59,156 nucleotides of DNA, filler included, from Sphacelaria rigidula (GCA_964200075.2; 10 parts of 10 records of this genome joined end to end with filler, not necessarily neighbours in it), one strand, 5' to 3'. Positions 11,952 through 24,224 are shown, numbered from the whole stretch's first letter. The notes: generated by a model from the sequence alone, not told the origin. Program-made: numbers and translations.

Positions 11952-14900
11952 GTGAAACAGATACAAGACCTGCGACAACGAAGTCAAGCACAGAAAGAGG
12001 ATCCAGGGCTGGGAGCGCGCGCGTCAGCAACAAGAGCTACGCACCTCCAGCAGCGATTCCAACCTACGACTACTACAGCAGCATTTCAACACACACGCCT
12101 GCATACACAGGATCAAGCCCAGATGGTACAGTCTGGCATTTTGAGGGTACGTTCGCATAACAGTATTGCAGCGTGGGATGGTACGGCAAATAGTGGTGAG
12201 GAAGTAAGAGAAAAGGTTATGGTTTTCAAGCTACAAATGACAGCATATTTTAAGCAAGAGTTCTGCGAAAAGGCTCTTCACGCAACTTTCCCCATTGGGG
12301 TACATTTTGATAATGAGCGAGATTTGATCAAAAGGTTCGGGAACGACCTGGTAGGGAAGGCCAGTAGAGCATGGAGTATATTAGTCGAAAACCTTACATA
12401 CGCGTCGCCTGTTCAACAACTAACTTGTAAGACTGGGAAACCCCAGCGAGGGATGGAGGTACATTGCAGATTACTACACCGTTTCTCCAACCACAGAGAA
12501 GGTACAGTTGGATCATGAATGGCAGGCCCTCGATATGAACTTGGGAGAGGACCCCCGTATATTTCTAGATAGAGCGAAATTGATAAGGTACAACTGTGCT
12601 AAACTTGGAGTCGTGATATCAGATGCAGACGCCAACCGGCACTACATACGCCGCCTGTCAAGTGACTTCGACATCGTTTGTGGTGTATTGCGTGCTTTCG
12701 ATTAAGTAACAACAGATACCCTCGAGCGCAAGGTGATGACGGCGCATGAAGAGATGGAACTGGCCAGGAATAGGGCAGGAAGGAATCAGGATGGGGTTCA
12801 AGGCCACGCGCTCGTCGCTGCCACTGGGGGTGGTGGAGGCGGGGAGGCGGGGGCGTGCTGCAAAACGGACGACGACAAGGTGGTGAGAGATGTCGACAAC
12901 AGAGTGATGTTTTCTGTCATTTCCACAATACAACCCAGCATGATGACTCTGAATGCCACGCACAACGACATATGCACGCACAAGAAAGTCGTGGTGATCG
13001 TGGTGCGTGGAATGGTTTTCGTCAGCAGCAATACCATAGTGCAGACAGTTTTGGAGGTCGTGGGGGTAGTGGACGCAATAGGATTCCCACCCAATCACCG
13101 CAGCTCACTCAGCAACAACAACAGCAGCGACAACGCCAGCAACCTCAGCAACATCAGCAGCAAGCGAGACGTGGAGGACGGGGTGTAGGGCGTGGATTTG
13201 GCCACAGGTACGGTGCTTCGGGGCGCGGGGGCGGGAATGCCCACCCCGGCAGCCAACTACCGCATTATGATCCGCCGCAAGGTGGGTATGACTATTCAGC
13301 TTATCCTGATGGTTTATACCGCCCCGTAGGGAACGAACCCCAATTCACCACGCCGACCCCCGTAAACGATGCATCACACGCGACGAACTGGGCCACATGC
13401 ATACGTTTTGCCCATGGCGTAGAGTAGTGACGCCGCAAGTCGATCCGGGGGTACGTCATGCGCATCCCACCCAGAATCAACCTCGTCACGGAGGACACTA
13501 GCCCCCCCTGGACTCATTACTGCGGATCGGTCAACACCGTGCAACTTTGCGGTGATCAAGGGGTGTACGGCGAGAGCAGCAACGACGAACAGCAGTGGAA
13601 GGGAACGGATAAAGACGGGTGGGTGTTGGAAGACAGCAGCGACTTCAGCGGTGCAGGCTACGCGCACTGTATCCAGTTTCCCCGCAACCCCCCGCAATCC
13701 TCCGCAGCTGCCATCAACAACCAGATCCAGTCATCATCGCAACAAGGTGAACTTCAGCTGCAGCACCCTCACCAACTACAGCAGCAGCAACAACCTAATC
13801 ATGCCCAATCTGATTCCAATCTGCCTTCCTCCGGTTCAGCTTCATCCCCTGCGCCGCTTCACCTGTGCATGGCCCACACTGTGTCCCAAGGCGAGTCACG
13901 TTTTGAGTTGGGTGATTTTACTCTGGGTGTTGCTTTGCTTAACCAGAGTGGGTCGGGGTTTCATGTGGATGATGGTACAGCGGAGTGGATATGTGATAAT
14001 GGTGCTTCACACCATACCTCTGGTTTAGTGGTTGGTATGTTTGATTTAGGCCCACCCCCGAAAGGAAATGAATACATGATCGTGGGGAACGGAACAATAT
14101 TCCCTGTCAAAGCAGTAGGGAGTTTAAAGCTCAAATTCCACATGGGAAATTCCACCCCCCCGACATCCGTCGGTGCGCCCTCAGAATTTTGCGTGCAGCT
14201 GACTGATGTTTATGTTCGTGAAGGTATACATTTCAACCTTTTTCTCTGCACCAAGTGCAGAAGAAGCAGGATGTACTCCTGACTGAAACATGAGTACACA
14301 TGTTTGACGGTCGGCTTCGCTCCGATCGCAATGAGCGGTCTTCATCACAAAGGGCCACTACTTTACCGTCAACATAAGAAAACCCCCCACTTGCTGTACC
14401 AGCGGTAGGTTTTACTGCCCCTCCCCCAAGCGTTTGTGTCCAGTCCGTTCCTCCGGCGAACGTGGTAACTTCAAGTGTTGGTTTCCAGTCCGCTTCACCG
14501 GCAAGCGTTGTAATTGCCCCTCCCCCAAGCGTTCGTGTCCAGTCCGTTCCTCCGGCGAACGTGGTGACTTCATGTGTTGGCGTACAGTCCGCTTCCTCTG
14601 GAAGCGATGTACCTGCTCTCACCAACGGTGTTGGTTCCCTCTGTGCAGTCCAAGTGCTCCGCTGCCCAGACTTGAGTGTGTTCAAGGATGAAGCTCTGAT
14701 GGCTGGATTTGACGTGACCCCTCCCCAAGCTTTTTTCCGCGTTTTCTGAGTGAAGAAATGGGAGTTGTGGCTGAAAACGGGACGGCCCTTGCTGTTCTTG
14801 CCCCAAGCTCTCACCCATTTTCAGTCGGAAAACCGAAACAAGAAGTCGACATTAATTTTTTCCACGTTTCCCTGCCCCACATTCATGAGACGTTACTGCG

Positions 14901-16320
14901 AGAAACTGCGAAACAACAGGGCATTACATCGACGGGGGTACTGACGCCATGTGCGGGATGTTTGGAAGCGAAGGGACAGAGGGCAAGTATTCCGCGAAGC
15001 CTGGGCACGAGGGCGACGACAGTACTTGGCAGGGTGCATCTCGACCTCACCGGCCCACACCCTCGTACTCTGGGTGCATCAACCCATAATATGTTGGGCT
15101 GCGTCGACAGCAAGTCACGCTTCATGATGCTTTATGGCCTCGCACGTAAGTCTGACACGCTGGGGAAGGTGAAACGTTTCATCGCCGACTTTAGCGCCAT
15201 CGGTACCCCCGGTTGTTTTCGCATGGACAACGGGGGCGAGTTCACCTCCAACGATGTCGGCGCCTTCTGCGACGATGCAACGATTCGTCGTGAGTACACT
15301 GCCCCCGACACTCCGAAGCACAACGCTGTGGCGGAAAATGCAATTTGGAGGGTCACGAAGGGGGGCCACGCCGCCCGTCTTGAAGCGTGACGTCTGTTCC
15401 CGGAGTGCCGCTTCGACGACATACCTCACCTGGGGGAGAACATGGAGCGCCTGTGGCTGGAGGCTGCGGTGTGGCCAGCGGACGGGTTCAATCGTTCCGC
15501 TACTACGGCGAACCCGGAAAGATTTTCGCCGTATGAAGTGCTCACCGGCAAGCACCCGCCGCTACAGATTGTGCCGTTTCTGCAACCCGGCATGATGCGG
15601 GTCAACCGCCGAGGGAAGATGGATGCTCAGTCCGTGGCCTGCCATTTCCTCAATAATGGCAGTAACCATTCTTCATCGACGGTCGAGGCCCTCAAGGCTG
15701 CTACCGGTGTCGTCTGCTACACCAACGACGTTGTCTGGACGGTACCACGTGTGCCACTGCAATCGTAGGCAACGCCGATCGTCGGGGGGGAGGAGGCCCA
15801 TTCCAGTACCGTCGCCGCCGCCGCCGCGCCGTCAGCAGAGCAGCATCACGGGACGCCGCTCGCCGGGGGGGGAAGGTCCAAACGCCGCTCGTCGGGGGGA
15901 GGAAGTTTATGGCAGCACCGCCGCCGTCGTCGCCACACCGCTGCTCCCGCCGACATATCACACAGTGGAGTTCGGGCCGCCGCCGACGCCGCCGCGCCAG
16001 CAGATTCCGCCGACTCAGCCGATCCTGCCGCCGCCGCGCCCGCCGACTCAGCCGGTACTACCGCCGCCGACGCGTCCGTCCACTCCGCCGATGCATCGAT
16101 CGCCGCCGACATCCCCGCCGATGTTCTCCGGCTCTTCGGCCCCGATTCCGTCCCCGATACCATGAGCATCTTCCTCGACTGCGTCGCGCGATGCATCATC
16201 CGCCCCTGAAGTGATGGACCATTCTTTCTCGCCGCTTCCAATCAACATGAGGAAGGAGCTGGGTATGGAAACAGACCCCCGGCAGCCAGGGCGGACGCGG
16301 TCAGGGTCGACGCAATACAA
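11952..16320 (+). mobile_element. Decayed Ty1/copia retrotransposon: gag, Zn knuckle, protease, integrase; RT/RNaseH absent
   Basis: UBN2-like gag (GEDPRIFLDRAKLIRYNC...LSSDFD), CHFHNTTQHDDSEC knuckle, protease WICDNGASHH (~13986), HHCC (FHVSLPHIH...CAGCLEAK), rve core VHLDLTGP...VDSKSRF...RMDNGGEF...PDTPKHNAVAE. PR-IN order is copia-type. Several stops (e.g. 15388, 15766) and frameshifts. Confidence 0.9.
14416..14612 (+). repeat. Two tandem 99-bp units inside the copia pol between protease and integrase
   Basis: gcccctcccccaagcgtt...cagtccgttcctccggcgaacgtgg at 14417 and 14516. Confidence 0.85.
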
Positions 16321-18546
16321 GACAGACAAGACTGCACTAAAATTCGTTTTCAGTACTGAAAGGCGTGATGGGATGGATGAATAGCATGAGTATGTCATGA
16401 CATATTGAGGAAAAGGGCTGAAGGAAAAAATTTCAGTTTGCTAAGCAGATGGCGTTACCAAATGTCTGTACACGGGTGGGACGATTTTTTATCCTTAGTA
16501 ATATAGCATTGAATATTTTCTAGTAGGGTTTGAGACACGAATAGAATTGGGCTGTGTGTAGGAGGGCTAATCGAATATGAGAGTATGAGACTTGAGAATT
16601 AAGTAGAGTTGAGCCGTGAGTAGGAGGGCTAATCGAATATACTCACACTCAATGATTGATACATGTAAGCAGGCCTGGATGCGAGGGAAATGGATAGTGT
16701 GATTGGAACATGACATATGGGTGAATGACAAGTTATGAGATACAGTTCTGTTATTAAAGGTATACCCGGTTTGTTGGTTGCAGCGAGAATCCGCTGAGAG
16801 GCACACGCCCAATCGCGTGGCCAAGGAATTAGGCTCTGACGTGTTGTTTTTCCACATGAGTGGCTTTTCATGATTGACCACGCCCCTTTTTGGCAGTGCA
16901 CTTTTTCTGGGTTTTTACGTTTTGGGAAGAGAGTATAATATACTGTATCAAGAAGGGAATCAATTCAACAACAGAGGTCCCACGACCTTTTCTTACACAT
17001 AGACCCCAGCGCCAAATAGGAGATTCAGCCCTTACTTGCCTGCCACTTTTCCATGCTTCTGCCACCCGCGATATCGCATCCACAAACTCTAAGAGATACT
17101 ACTATCTTCCGCTGGATATCAGAGATGGATTCATGCTTCGAAGTACCAACAGTACCCGAACGATCGCACAGCCAGCCAACTAGAAGCCAACATAAGGCCC
17201 AGCCGAGCATAACCACGAACTTTACGCCCTCTCAAATATTGCCCCCACTACATGATACGAAGTATGCCGTCACTAGCGCTCACAACGACTCCCCAGAAAA
17301 CATGCTGTCCCCTAGTCAATGATGCGCTTCAGTAGCAACATAGTCACGAACTTGTGCAACAAGCACCTTGGGAGTTGACGTCAACATCCGCTCTTCACCT
17401 ACCTACCGCCTTCAGTATAGATATAACTCATATGAATGGAAACCAAGAATGTAGTGATATCCTAGGTATCTCGGAGTGATGCTGCGATAGGATTTGCACT
17501 TTTGGGGCCAAACCTGGCCTGAGAAAATTCAATATCTGAGAACATTGTGACCTCCGCCCAAACCTCAGACTGGAATTATCTCATGGGTCATGGATGCATG
17601 TTCCACCCTGAGGCTCTAAGAACTGTGGTGAGAGTCAAAGGTGATTCGACATGCCTAAATCCCGACTTTCTCTCAGGCNNNNNNNNNNNNNNNNNNNNNN
17701 NNNNNNNNNNNNNNNNNNNNNNTTAATTAATTAANNNNNNNNNNNNNNNNNNNNNNNNNNNNNNNNNNNNNNNNNNNNCTCACCCCTGACCGCAGGTACT
17801 AGCCAGTTCCTGCGATCAGCCCTCCGGGCGCGTATCTTCGTTCCGAATCAACGGCCCATCATTGTACTGTCCCCCTTCCACCGCATCACGCCGCGATCCG
17901 TAACATGGCCTCTCTGGCTTGTCCGTGCACTCCTTAGTTTTTACTACTGTCTCAATTGTTATGGTTATCATGATCGTTGCTCAAGCACTGTGATGACGGA
18001 TCTTCTTAAGACGGGGCATAAAGTGACATTTCCTCCTTCAACCAAACATGCGGCATATTTATCCATGTACAGAACAGTATGCATTGATTCGTACGTACTC
18101 GCTCACCATCACTGCAGGGCAAAGCGGGTTTCCAGCACAAGGTGTATTCACCTTAACCCAGAACAGCTTATCCAGAATGTCAGGGTATCGTGATCATAGT
18201 TTCAGGGTCGATTCAGTTTCTCTTTTGTAGTTGTGGTTTTTAGCTCATTTCACGTTTCTGTTCCAGAGGATTGAAAACCAGGGTGCCGACCGTCATCGAT
18301 TCTGAAGAATCGAGTTCAAGTCGGATGTAAAGAGGCATGATTATGTAACCGTCTGCATACGGGCTCAAACATCCTCACCCCTGACTGCGGCACATTGCCA
18401 GTTCCCGCAGTCAGCCCTCCAGGACTTTTCCATCAGAAGGACGGGTCCATCATCGTACTGCCCCTTCCTCCATGTATGCCGCGATCCATAACAGCAAACC
18501 TTGCCGGATTCCTCCGGGAGACTCCACAGCGCAAACAGGAGCTCTC

Positions 18547-21027
18547 CTAAGGTACACGTTGCGAGACTCCCAATTCCAACTTCACGCTTTCTCGGTCCCC
18601 CTTGATGTTCATGTCATCCGCTGGAACGACCTGTCTCGACGCCACTGACATTGTCGTACGAGGTCGCTTTGCCGTTCTACTACTAGCGCTGCAATTGTTC
18701 GACCTATCGATACTGCTGCCGATACTAGCAGATATCACTGTTTTCCCACACGTTGTCGCCGCGGCTTTCGCCCCATATGCACCACTTGAAACAGGGGTGG
18801 ATTTCAGCTCTACCTTGGCACCCATGTTTACCCAATCAACATCTCGATGAACCATGATGGCGCATTGTGCGAGCCCCGGCGGTGGTGCCCCATCGCTCCG
18901 CGTGTCACTTTCGGGAAGTGCACAACCGCGAGACCCAGAACACTCAGTTGCAGGGCGGGAGTAGGCACCGGAGGAACGGTTAGATGTGCCTCGGCCATCG
19001 ACATTTACATGCATGCCATGCCCATCTTCAGTCACGGCATGGTCAGGAATGCCTCCGTTACGAACGTTCTCACGTATGTAGACACGGTCCGCGGTCATCG
19101 AGGCAGCGTCTCGAGGTCCAACGCTGCTCTCGTAGCCCCTGTACTCCTTGCTCGCGCACTCCCCGCTGTCGAAGCGAAGCACACCTATCCTAGCATGGAC
19201 GCAGGACTCCGCTTTCCCCGTGCCCGGTAAGCCGTCCCGCGGCTGTTTCGAGCCGCCCCTGCTTGCACAACTTATTTTCTCGACATCGATCATGTCGGCC
19301 ATCGCGTGCTCGATGCGGAAGTCGGATTTCCTGCTGCCTGCCAAGCGGTACGGCCTTAAGCAGCCACCACTGCCGGATAGCTCCTCAGGGACATGAACTA
19401 CACTCTCTGTGTTATACCTGGTGCAGACTTTGGCGTTTCTATTGCTCACCACGCCGTACGACGGCACTGTGGAGCAGCCATCTTTGCCGCGCACGTTCCT
19501 CGTGACGTCGAACATCAACTCTCTGGCATGCTTTGTGCAGAATCCGGATTTCCCGCTGCTCACGATGCCGTGTGACGGCTGTGTGGAGCCGCCGTTGTTG
19601 CCGCAAACCTTCGTGACAACGTTAACCATTCCTTGTTTGGCATGCTTGGCGCAGAATTCGGCTTTCCTGCTGCCCACTACACCGTACGACGGTCGTGTGG
19701 AGCAGCCGGCGTTGCCGCATACTTTGTTAACAACTTGAATCATCCCCTCTCTGGCATGCTTGGCGCAGAATTCGGCTTTCCTGCTGCTCACCATGCCGTA
19801 CGACGGCCGTGTGGAGCAGCCGTCCTTGCCGCAAACCTTGTTGACAACGTTAACCATCCCCTCTCTGGCATGCTTGACGCAGAATTCGGCTTTCCTGCTG
19901 CCCACCACGCCGTACGACGGCACTGTAGTGCAGCCGTCGCTGCCGCAAACCTTGTTGACAACGTTAACCATCGCCTCTCTGACATGCTTGGCGCAGAATT
20001 CGGCTTTCCTGCTGCCCACCATGCCGTACGATGGCGGCCTGGAGCAGCCGTCGTTGCGGCAAAATACCCTGAAAACGTCAATCATCCCCTCTCTGGCATG
20101 CTCGGCGCAGAATTCGGCTTTCCTGCTGCCCACCATGCCGTACGACGGCCGTGTGGAGCAGCCGTCGTTGCCGCATACTCTCCCGACAACGCGAACCATC
20201 CCCTCTCTGGCATGCTTGGCGCAGAATTCGGCTTTCCTGCTGCCCACCACGTCGTGCGACGGTTGTGTGGAGCAGCCGTCGTTGGCGCATACTCTCCCGA
20301 CAACAGCAACCATCCTCTGTCTGGCATGCTTGGCGCAGAATTCAGCTTTTCTGCTGCCCACCATGCCGTACAACGGCCGTGTGGAGCAGCCGTCGCTGCC
20401 GCATACTTTGTTGACAACGTTAACCATCCCCTCTCTGGCATGCTTGGCACAGAATTCAGCTTTTCTGCTGCCAACCATGCCGTACAACGGCCGTGTGGAG
20501 CAGCCGTCGCTGCCGCATACTTTATTGGCAACGTTAACCATCCCCTCTCTGGCATGCTTGGCACAGAATTCAGCTTTTCTGCTGCCAACCATGCCGTACA
20601 ACGGCTGCGTGGAGCAGCCGTCGTTGCCGCACACTCTCTTGCCAACGCCAACCATCCCCTGTCTGGCATGCTCGGCGCAAAATCCGGCTTCCCTGCTGCC
20701 CACCATGCCGTACGACGGCACTGTGGAGCAGCCGTCGTTGCCGCATACTTTGCCGATAACGTCCACCATTCTCTCACTGGCATGCTTGGCACAGAATCCG
20801 GCTTTCCTGTTGCCCACCATGCCGTGCGACGTCACTGTGAAGCAGCCGTCAATGCCGCATACTTCGCTCGTTACCTTGGCTATTCCCGCTGCGGCATGCT
20901 TGATGCCAAATTCGGCCTTCTGGCTGCTATTCACACCGCAAGAAGGACAATCCGTTGACGGATACGATGCCCACTTCCGAATAGCGAAGCACCAGAAGCA
21001 GCTGCGCCTTGCGGCACCACCAGCTAC
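18547..21027 (-). CDS. EsV-1-7-family Cys/His tandem-repeat protein (large terminal exon)
   Basis: 795-aa ORF (GTG start in the track); frame stays open up to an acceptor-like cttgtctag| at 21028. Eleven canonical 38-aa repeats VCGxDGCSTxPxYGMVGSRKAEFCAKHAREGMVxVVxK (C-x4-C-x16-C-x2-H), about 4 degenerate ones, then a low-complexity tail ending AKRPR...VKLELGVSQRVP. Matches the EsV-1-7 repeat known from Ectocarpus siliculosus virus and brown algae. True start codon not determined. Confidence 0.88.
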   Translation of the reverse strand, partial: VAGGAARRSCFWCFAIRKWASYPSTDCPSCGVNSSQKAEFGIKHAAAGIAKVTSEVCGIDGCFTVTSHGMVGNRKAGFCAKHASERMVDVIGKVCGNDGCSTVPSYGMVGSREAGFCAEHARQGMVGVGKRVCGNDGCSTQPLYGMVGSRKAEFCAKHAREGMVNVANKVCGSDGCSTRPLYGMVGSRKAEFCAKHAREGMVNVVNKVCGSDGCSTRPLYGMVGSRKAEFCAKHARQRMVAVVGRVCANDGCSTQPSHDVVGSRKAEFCAKHAREGMVRVVGRVCGNDGCSTRPSYGMVGSRKAEFCAEHAREGMIDVFRVFCRNDGCSRPPSYGMVGSRKAEFCAKHVREAMVNVVNKVCGSDGCTTVPSYGVVGSRKAEFCVKHAREGMVNVVNKVCGKDGCSTRPSYGMVSSRKAEFCAKHAREGMIQVVNKVCGNAGCSTRPSYGVVGSRKAEFCAKHAKQGMVNVVTKVCGNNGGSTQPSHGIVSSGKSGFCTKHARELMFDVTRNVRGKDGCSTVPSYGVVSNRNAKVCTRYNTESVVHVPEELSGSGGCLRPYRLAGSRKSDFRIEHAMADMIDVEKISCASRGGSKQPRDGLPGTGKAESCVHARIGVLRFDSGECASKEYRGYESSVGPRDAASMTADRVYIRENVRNGGIPDHAVTEDGHGMHVNVDGRGTSNRSSGAYSRPATECSGSRGCALPESDTRSDGAPPPGLAQCAIMVHRDVDWVNMGAKVELKSTPVSSGAYGAKAAATTCGKTVISASIGSSIDRSNNCSASSRTAKRPRTTMSVASRQVVPADDMNIKGDRESVKLELGVSQRVP
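19609..20862 (-). repeat. 114-bp coding tandem repeat, 11 canonical units
   Basis: Repeated ggcatgcttggcgcagaattcggctttcctgctgcccaccatgccgtacgacggc...gagcagccgtc at a 114-bp period. Confidence 0.95.
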
Positions 21028-24000
21028 CTAGACAAGCATCGTTGACAGGCGGCGTTCCCAGAGAACAAGGAAAAAAATATTGTGTCGAACTCATCGTCAA
21101 CAAGGTCAGCTAGAGATCGCTTTCCATCATCACCCTCTCACGGAGAACAAGCAGGTACGAACAGATGATCCCGCGCGAATTGTCACCAGTGAATATTCAT
21201 TTGCGCCCAAGATGGCGGCAGGACGAGTCACCTAGTATACGCAGAGATATGGCGACCGTGGGCTCGACGCTGCGGTAGCTCAGTGGCCATATCGTCGCGA
21301 AGTCCAATCAGTAGAACCAGGTGGTTTTTACTTGAGTATCCCTGCTGGGAATTTAACTTCTACACCCATCAAGGGCCATGTGATCGGGACTAATACTCTC
21401 AAGTGCTGGTGATACACCACTTCAAAGACAAGTCATTTATCAAGTTTTGAGTTCAACGCAGACGTCCCAAACATCGTGAGTCCAACGTTTGGTTTACCGA
21501 GCGGAAACGGAGGTGAAAAAAAAGTCCAACCCGTTGGGTGAGGGATCCCCCGTATGCTTCGACGGGATTCTGTACTAAACAAAATGTAATGAAACATTTC
21601 CCTGCATTCAGGAGCGAGCGCATGAATGCGTGAAGGCTGGAGAGCTTTCCCCGAACAAAGAGGGCCATGCAGGGTTCGCGAGGTGGATAACACCTGCGTT
21701 TTAGTGGTCGACTCGCTATCCCCGGGTGATCTTGGTTAGGGTGCGATTCAGGTGTCTGTACAGTCGTAGTTAACGCTTGCCACAAGCAGACGAAAGCCAG
21801 TGAACCTTTGTCCCTCGATGCCATGACGAGTCGGCACCGCAAAACATGCATGACCGTCACTGCGTTTCTTCCGGGATATATAAACAGAGTGGAATGGGAG
21901 CGGAACTCCCATGCTCCCAGTCCGAGATTTGGTTGTCTCGTGAGGCTCGGGAAGAAATGTCACGGGATCAGTTTCGTTCGTGTAGGGACAGTCGAGACAA
22001 GACGGGATATCTCATGCATACTGCCCATCGTGGTTATCGATCATGCCTGTGCCACCCAGATCGTTCACATGACACGCTTCGTTCTGTATGTTGGCCATAT
22101 ATCCCATCCGACGGGTTCCTCCGAAAATGGCGGTCCCGTCCAGCCCTGTCCATCGTTTGCTACAAGGATGAGTCTAACGGGAAAATTCCACCATATAGTG
22201 CACGGTGCGCGATAATGCTACCGTACCGTCGCGACAAAACGGGAGAACGATATCGTCCCGTCCGGTCTATAGACCTCTGTCACTCAAGATCAGATTGACA
22301 TGTGGACTCCTCCCATCAGGGGCACATGGACTTCAGCAGCTTTAGCTGTTTATGTAGTAACCCTCAGCATAGTACAGGAGAACAGGACCATATAACCTCT
22401 CTCCACCAGAATAACAAAACCGGCTGTACTCGTCATGGAGGTCACCATCACAGAGTCCGGCAATCAGACCCGCAACTCCACCTACAAAGTCCCTGACCTT
22501 AGGTAACAATGGTGGCTAGGTCTACAGCACCCCCAAAGCTCTCTACTACCAACAAGTAGTTACATCAGAGCTTGACAAACTCAGACATCACTGGTGCCTG
22601 ATAGTACCGTCGTTTTCCGCAAAAAATAGCAATCTCTTCCGCTGCTTTCGACAACAGCTCCATTCAAGCTTGCCCCACTTTCGAACAACTCGCAAGAGAT
22701 TCCAAGAAAATATCGTCCATCATGAACATGCAATCACGCTACTTGCACCACTTCAAGTTACAAAGCGATAGCTAGCGCCAAATTCTCAAATCTTCGCCCA
22801 CAACAAGTCTCTTGACTCTTCATCGGCACGAAACCGGAAATTTCAGCGAACGTCAAATCCCAGAGCATTCGTGACTCATCGCCTCTCTCATCCGGAACAA
22901 GGTTCTTCTCAACATACGAGTACGTTCAACACCTGCGCAACGGAGTGCAATAGCCAAATTATACATCATCCTCACGCTAGAAGGAAATAATGCACCCAAC
23001 ACGTCTAAAACGCACTGACCTCTTGCTTCTGCAACAACGTAAAAAACGCATGCATCGCATGCCTCCCCGCCGTCAAAGCTCTAATGTCTCAACTTGCCTT
23101 CATTTCATCAAGACAATCAAAGGAAAGCCATGGCTCAAACCGCTTTTCAAGTCATGCATACAAATCCAACGACGGCGAACGGACCTCGACCTCCGCCATC
23201 ATTCACCACCCGTGGTACTATCGTTCTCAAACTCTTGTTTTCGAACAAATCCCAGACATTTCTATATTTCGTTTGGGTCTTGGATCGTCATATCCCATCC
23301 GTGCATCAGCCAAAATGTAGAAATATTGATTCCCTCGACACTCTTGCGGTCCACCTGCACCAGTTCTTCGAACAAATGGACGCATCATCCACATGCTCCT
23401 TCTGACATGAACGGAAAACCAACCACGTACTCATTCAAACACGTGACAATCCATACAAGAACATGCCACGGTCAAACATCATTGATGCATGCGCGCATAA
23501 TGTCTTTATCTTCAACCACCGGAAGGACTCGCGTCATACCTGCTCACATACGACGAACCTACGCATTTCGTACCTTTCAGCTCATTTTCACGCTAACAGC
23601 AGCANNNNNNNNNNNNNNNNNNNNNNNNNNNNNNNNNNNNNNNNNNNNTTAATTAATTAANNNNNNNNNNNNNNNNNNNNNNNNNNNNNNNNNNNNNNNN
23701 NNNNGTCCCGGCTTTGTAGGGATGCGAGGTCAATGGTCCTATGACTATGGCATGCATGATCATAAGTACACCCCCCCCGTAGCATACAGTGCAGACTGCC
23801 CCAATTACTCCCGGTGAAGGCACAAATGAACAAGCCTTACTGGCGTTTTTGGGTCTCGAAACAATTATTTAGCACGAAAAATCGAGAGGTTTTGCGGTTC
23901 AGTTAGCAAGGCAGAGCCTTAGGGTTCATCTTGGAAAAGAAAAAGAAAAAGCGAAGAGCAAAGTGAGCGTCCGATAGCAGCATATTGAATTTGGTCGACG

Positions 24001-24144
24001 CGACATAACGCTGCGGGATGATCAATAACTATGCTACTTCTCGACACTTGCTTTGCTCTTCAATGTTTTTTTTTCCAGTCAAAGAACACACGGCCTTACT
24101 ACAACACCCCACCCGTACAAGACTTCTTCCTGTTTCGCTCTCAC

Positions 24145-24224
24145 CCGCTGAACTGAGGTTGGCGTGAGCTGTATACACCTGGGCCTCCAAGGCGCGAATC
24201 TGGTTCACCATTACCGACCGCGCC
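24145..24224 (-). CDS. Internal exon of the same coiled-coil protein (3' boundary uncertain)
   Basis: tggtgcag|G GCG completes the phase-2 codon: (K)ARSVMVNQIRALEAQVYTAHANLSSAG|gtgaga. An alternative donor CAG|gtgtat lies near 24178. Confidence 0.6.

Noticed and set aside
18547..20934. Endogenous phaeovirus insertion
   Set aside because: No NCLDV core genes or gene-dense context in the contig; the family is expanded in host genomes and splice-like signals flank the exon.
19633..21031. Long antisense ORFs (441 and 423 aa)
   Set aside because: Shadows of a stop-free 114-bp coding repeat.
22500..23604. 220-aa ORF or decayed transposon coding region
   Set aside because: No recognisable motif on either strand; cannot be supported by eye. 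The same applies to 16320-17678.
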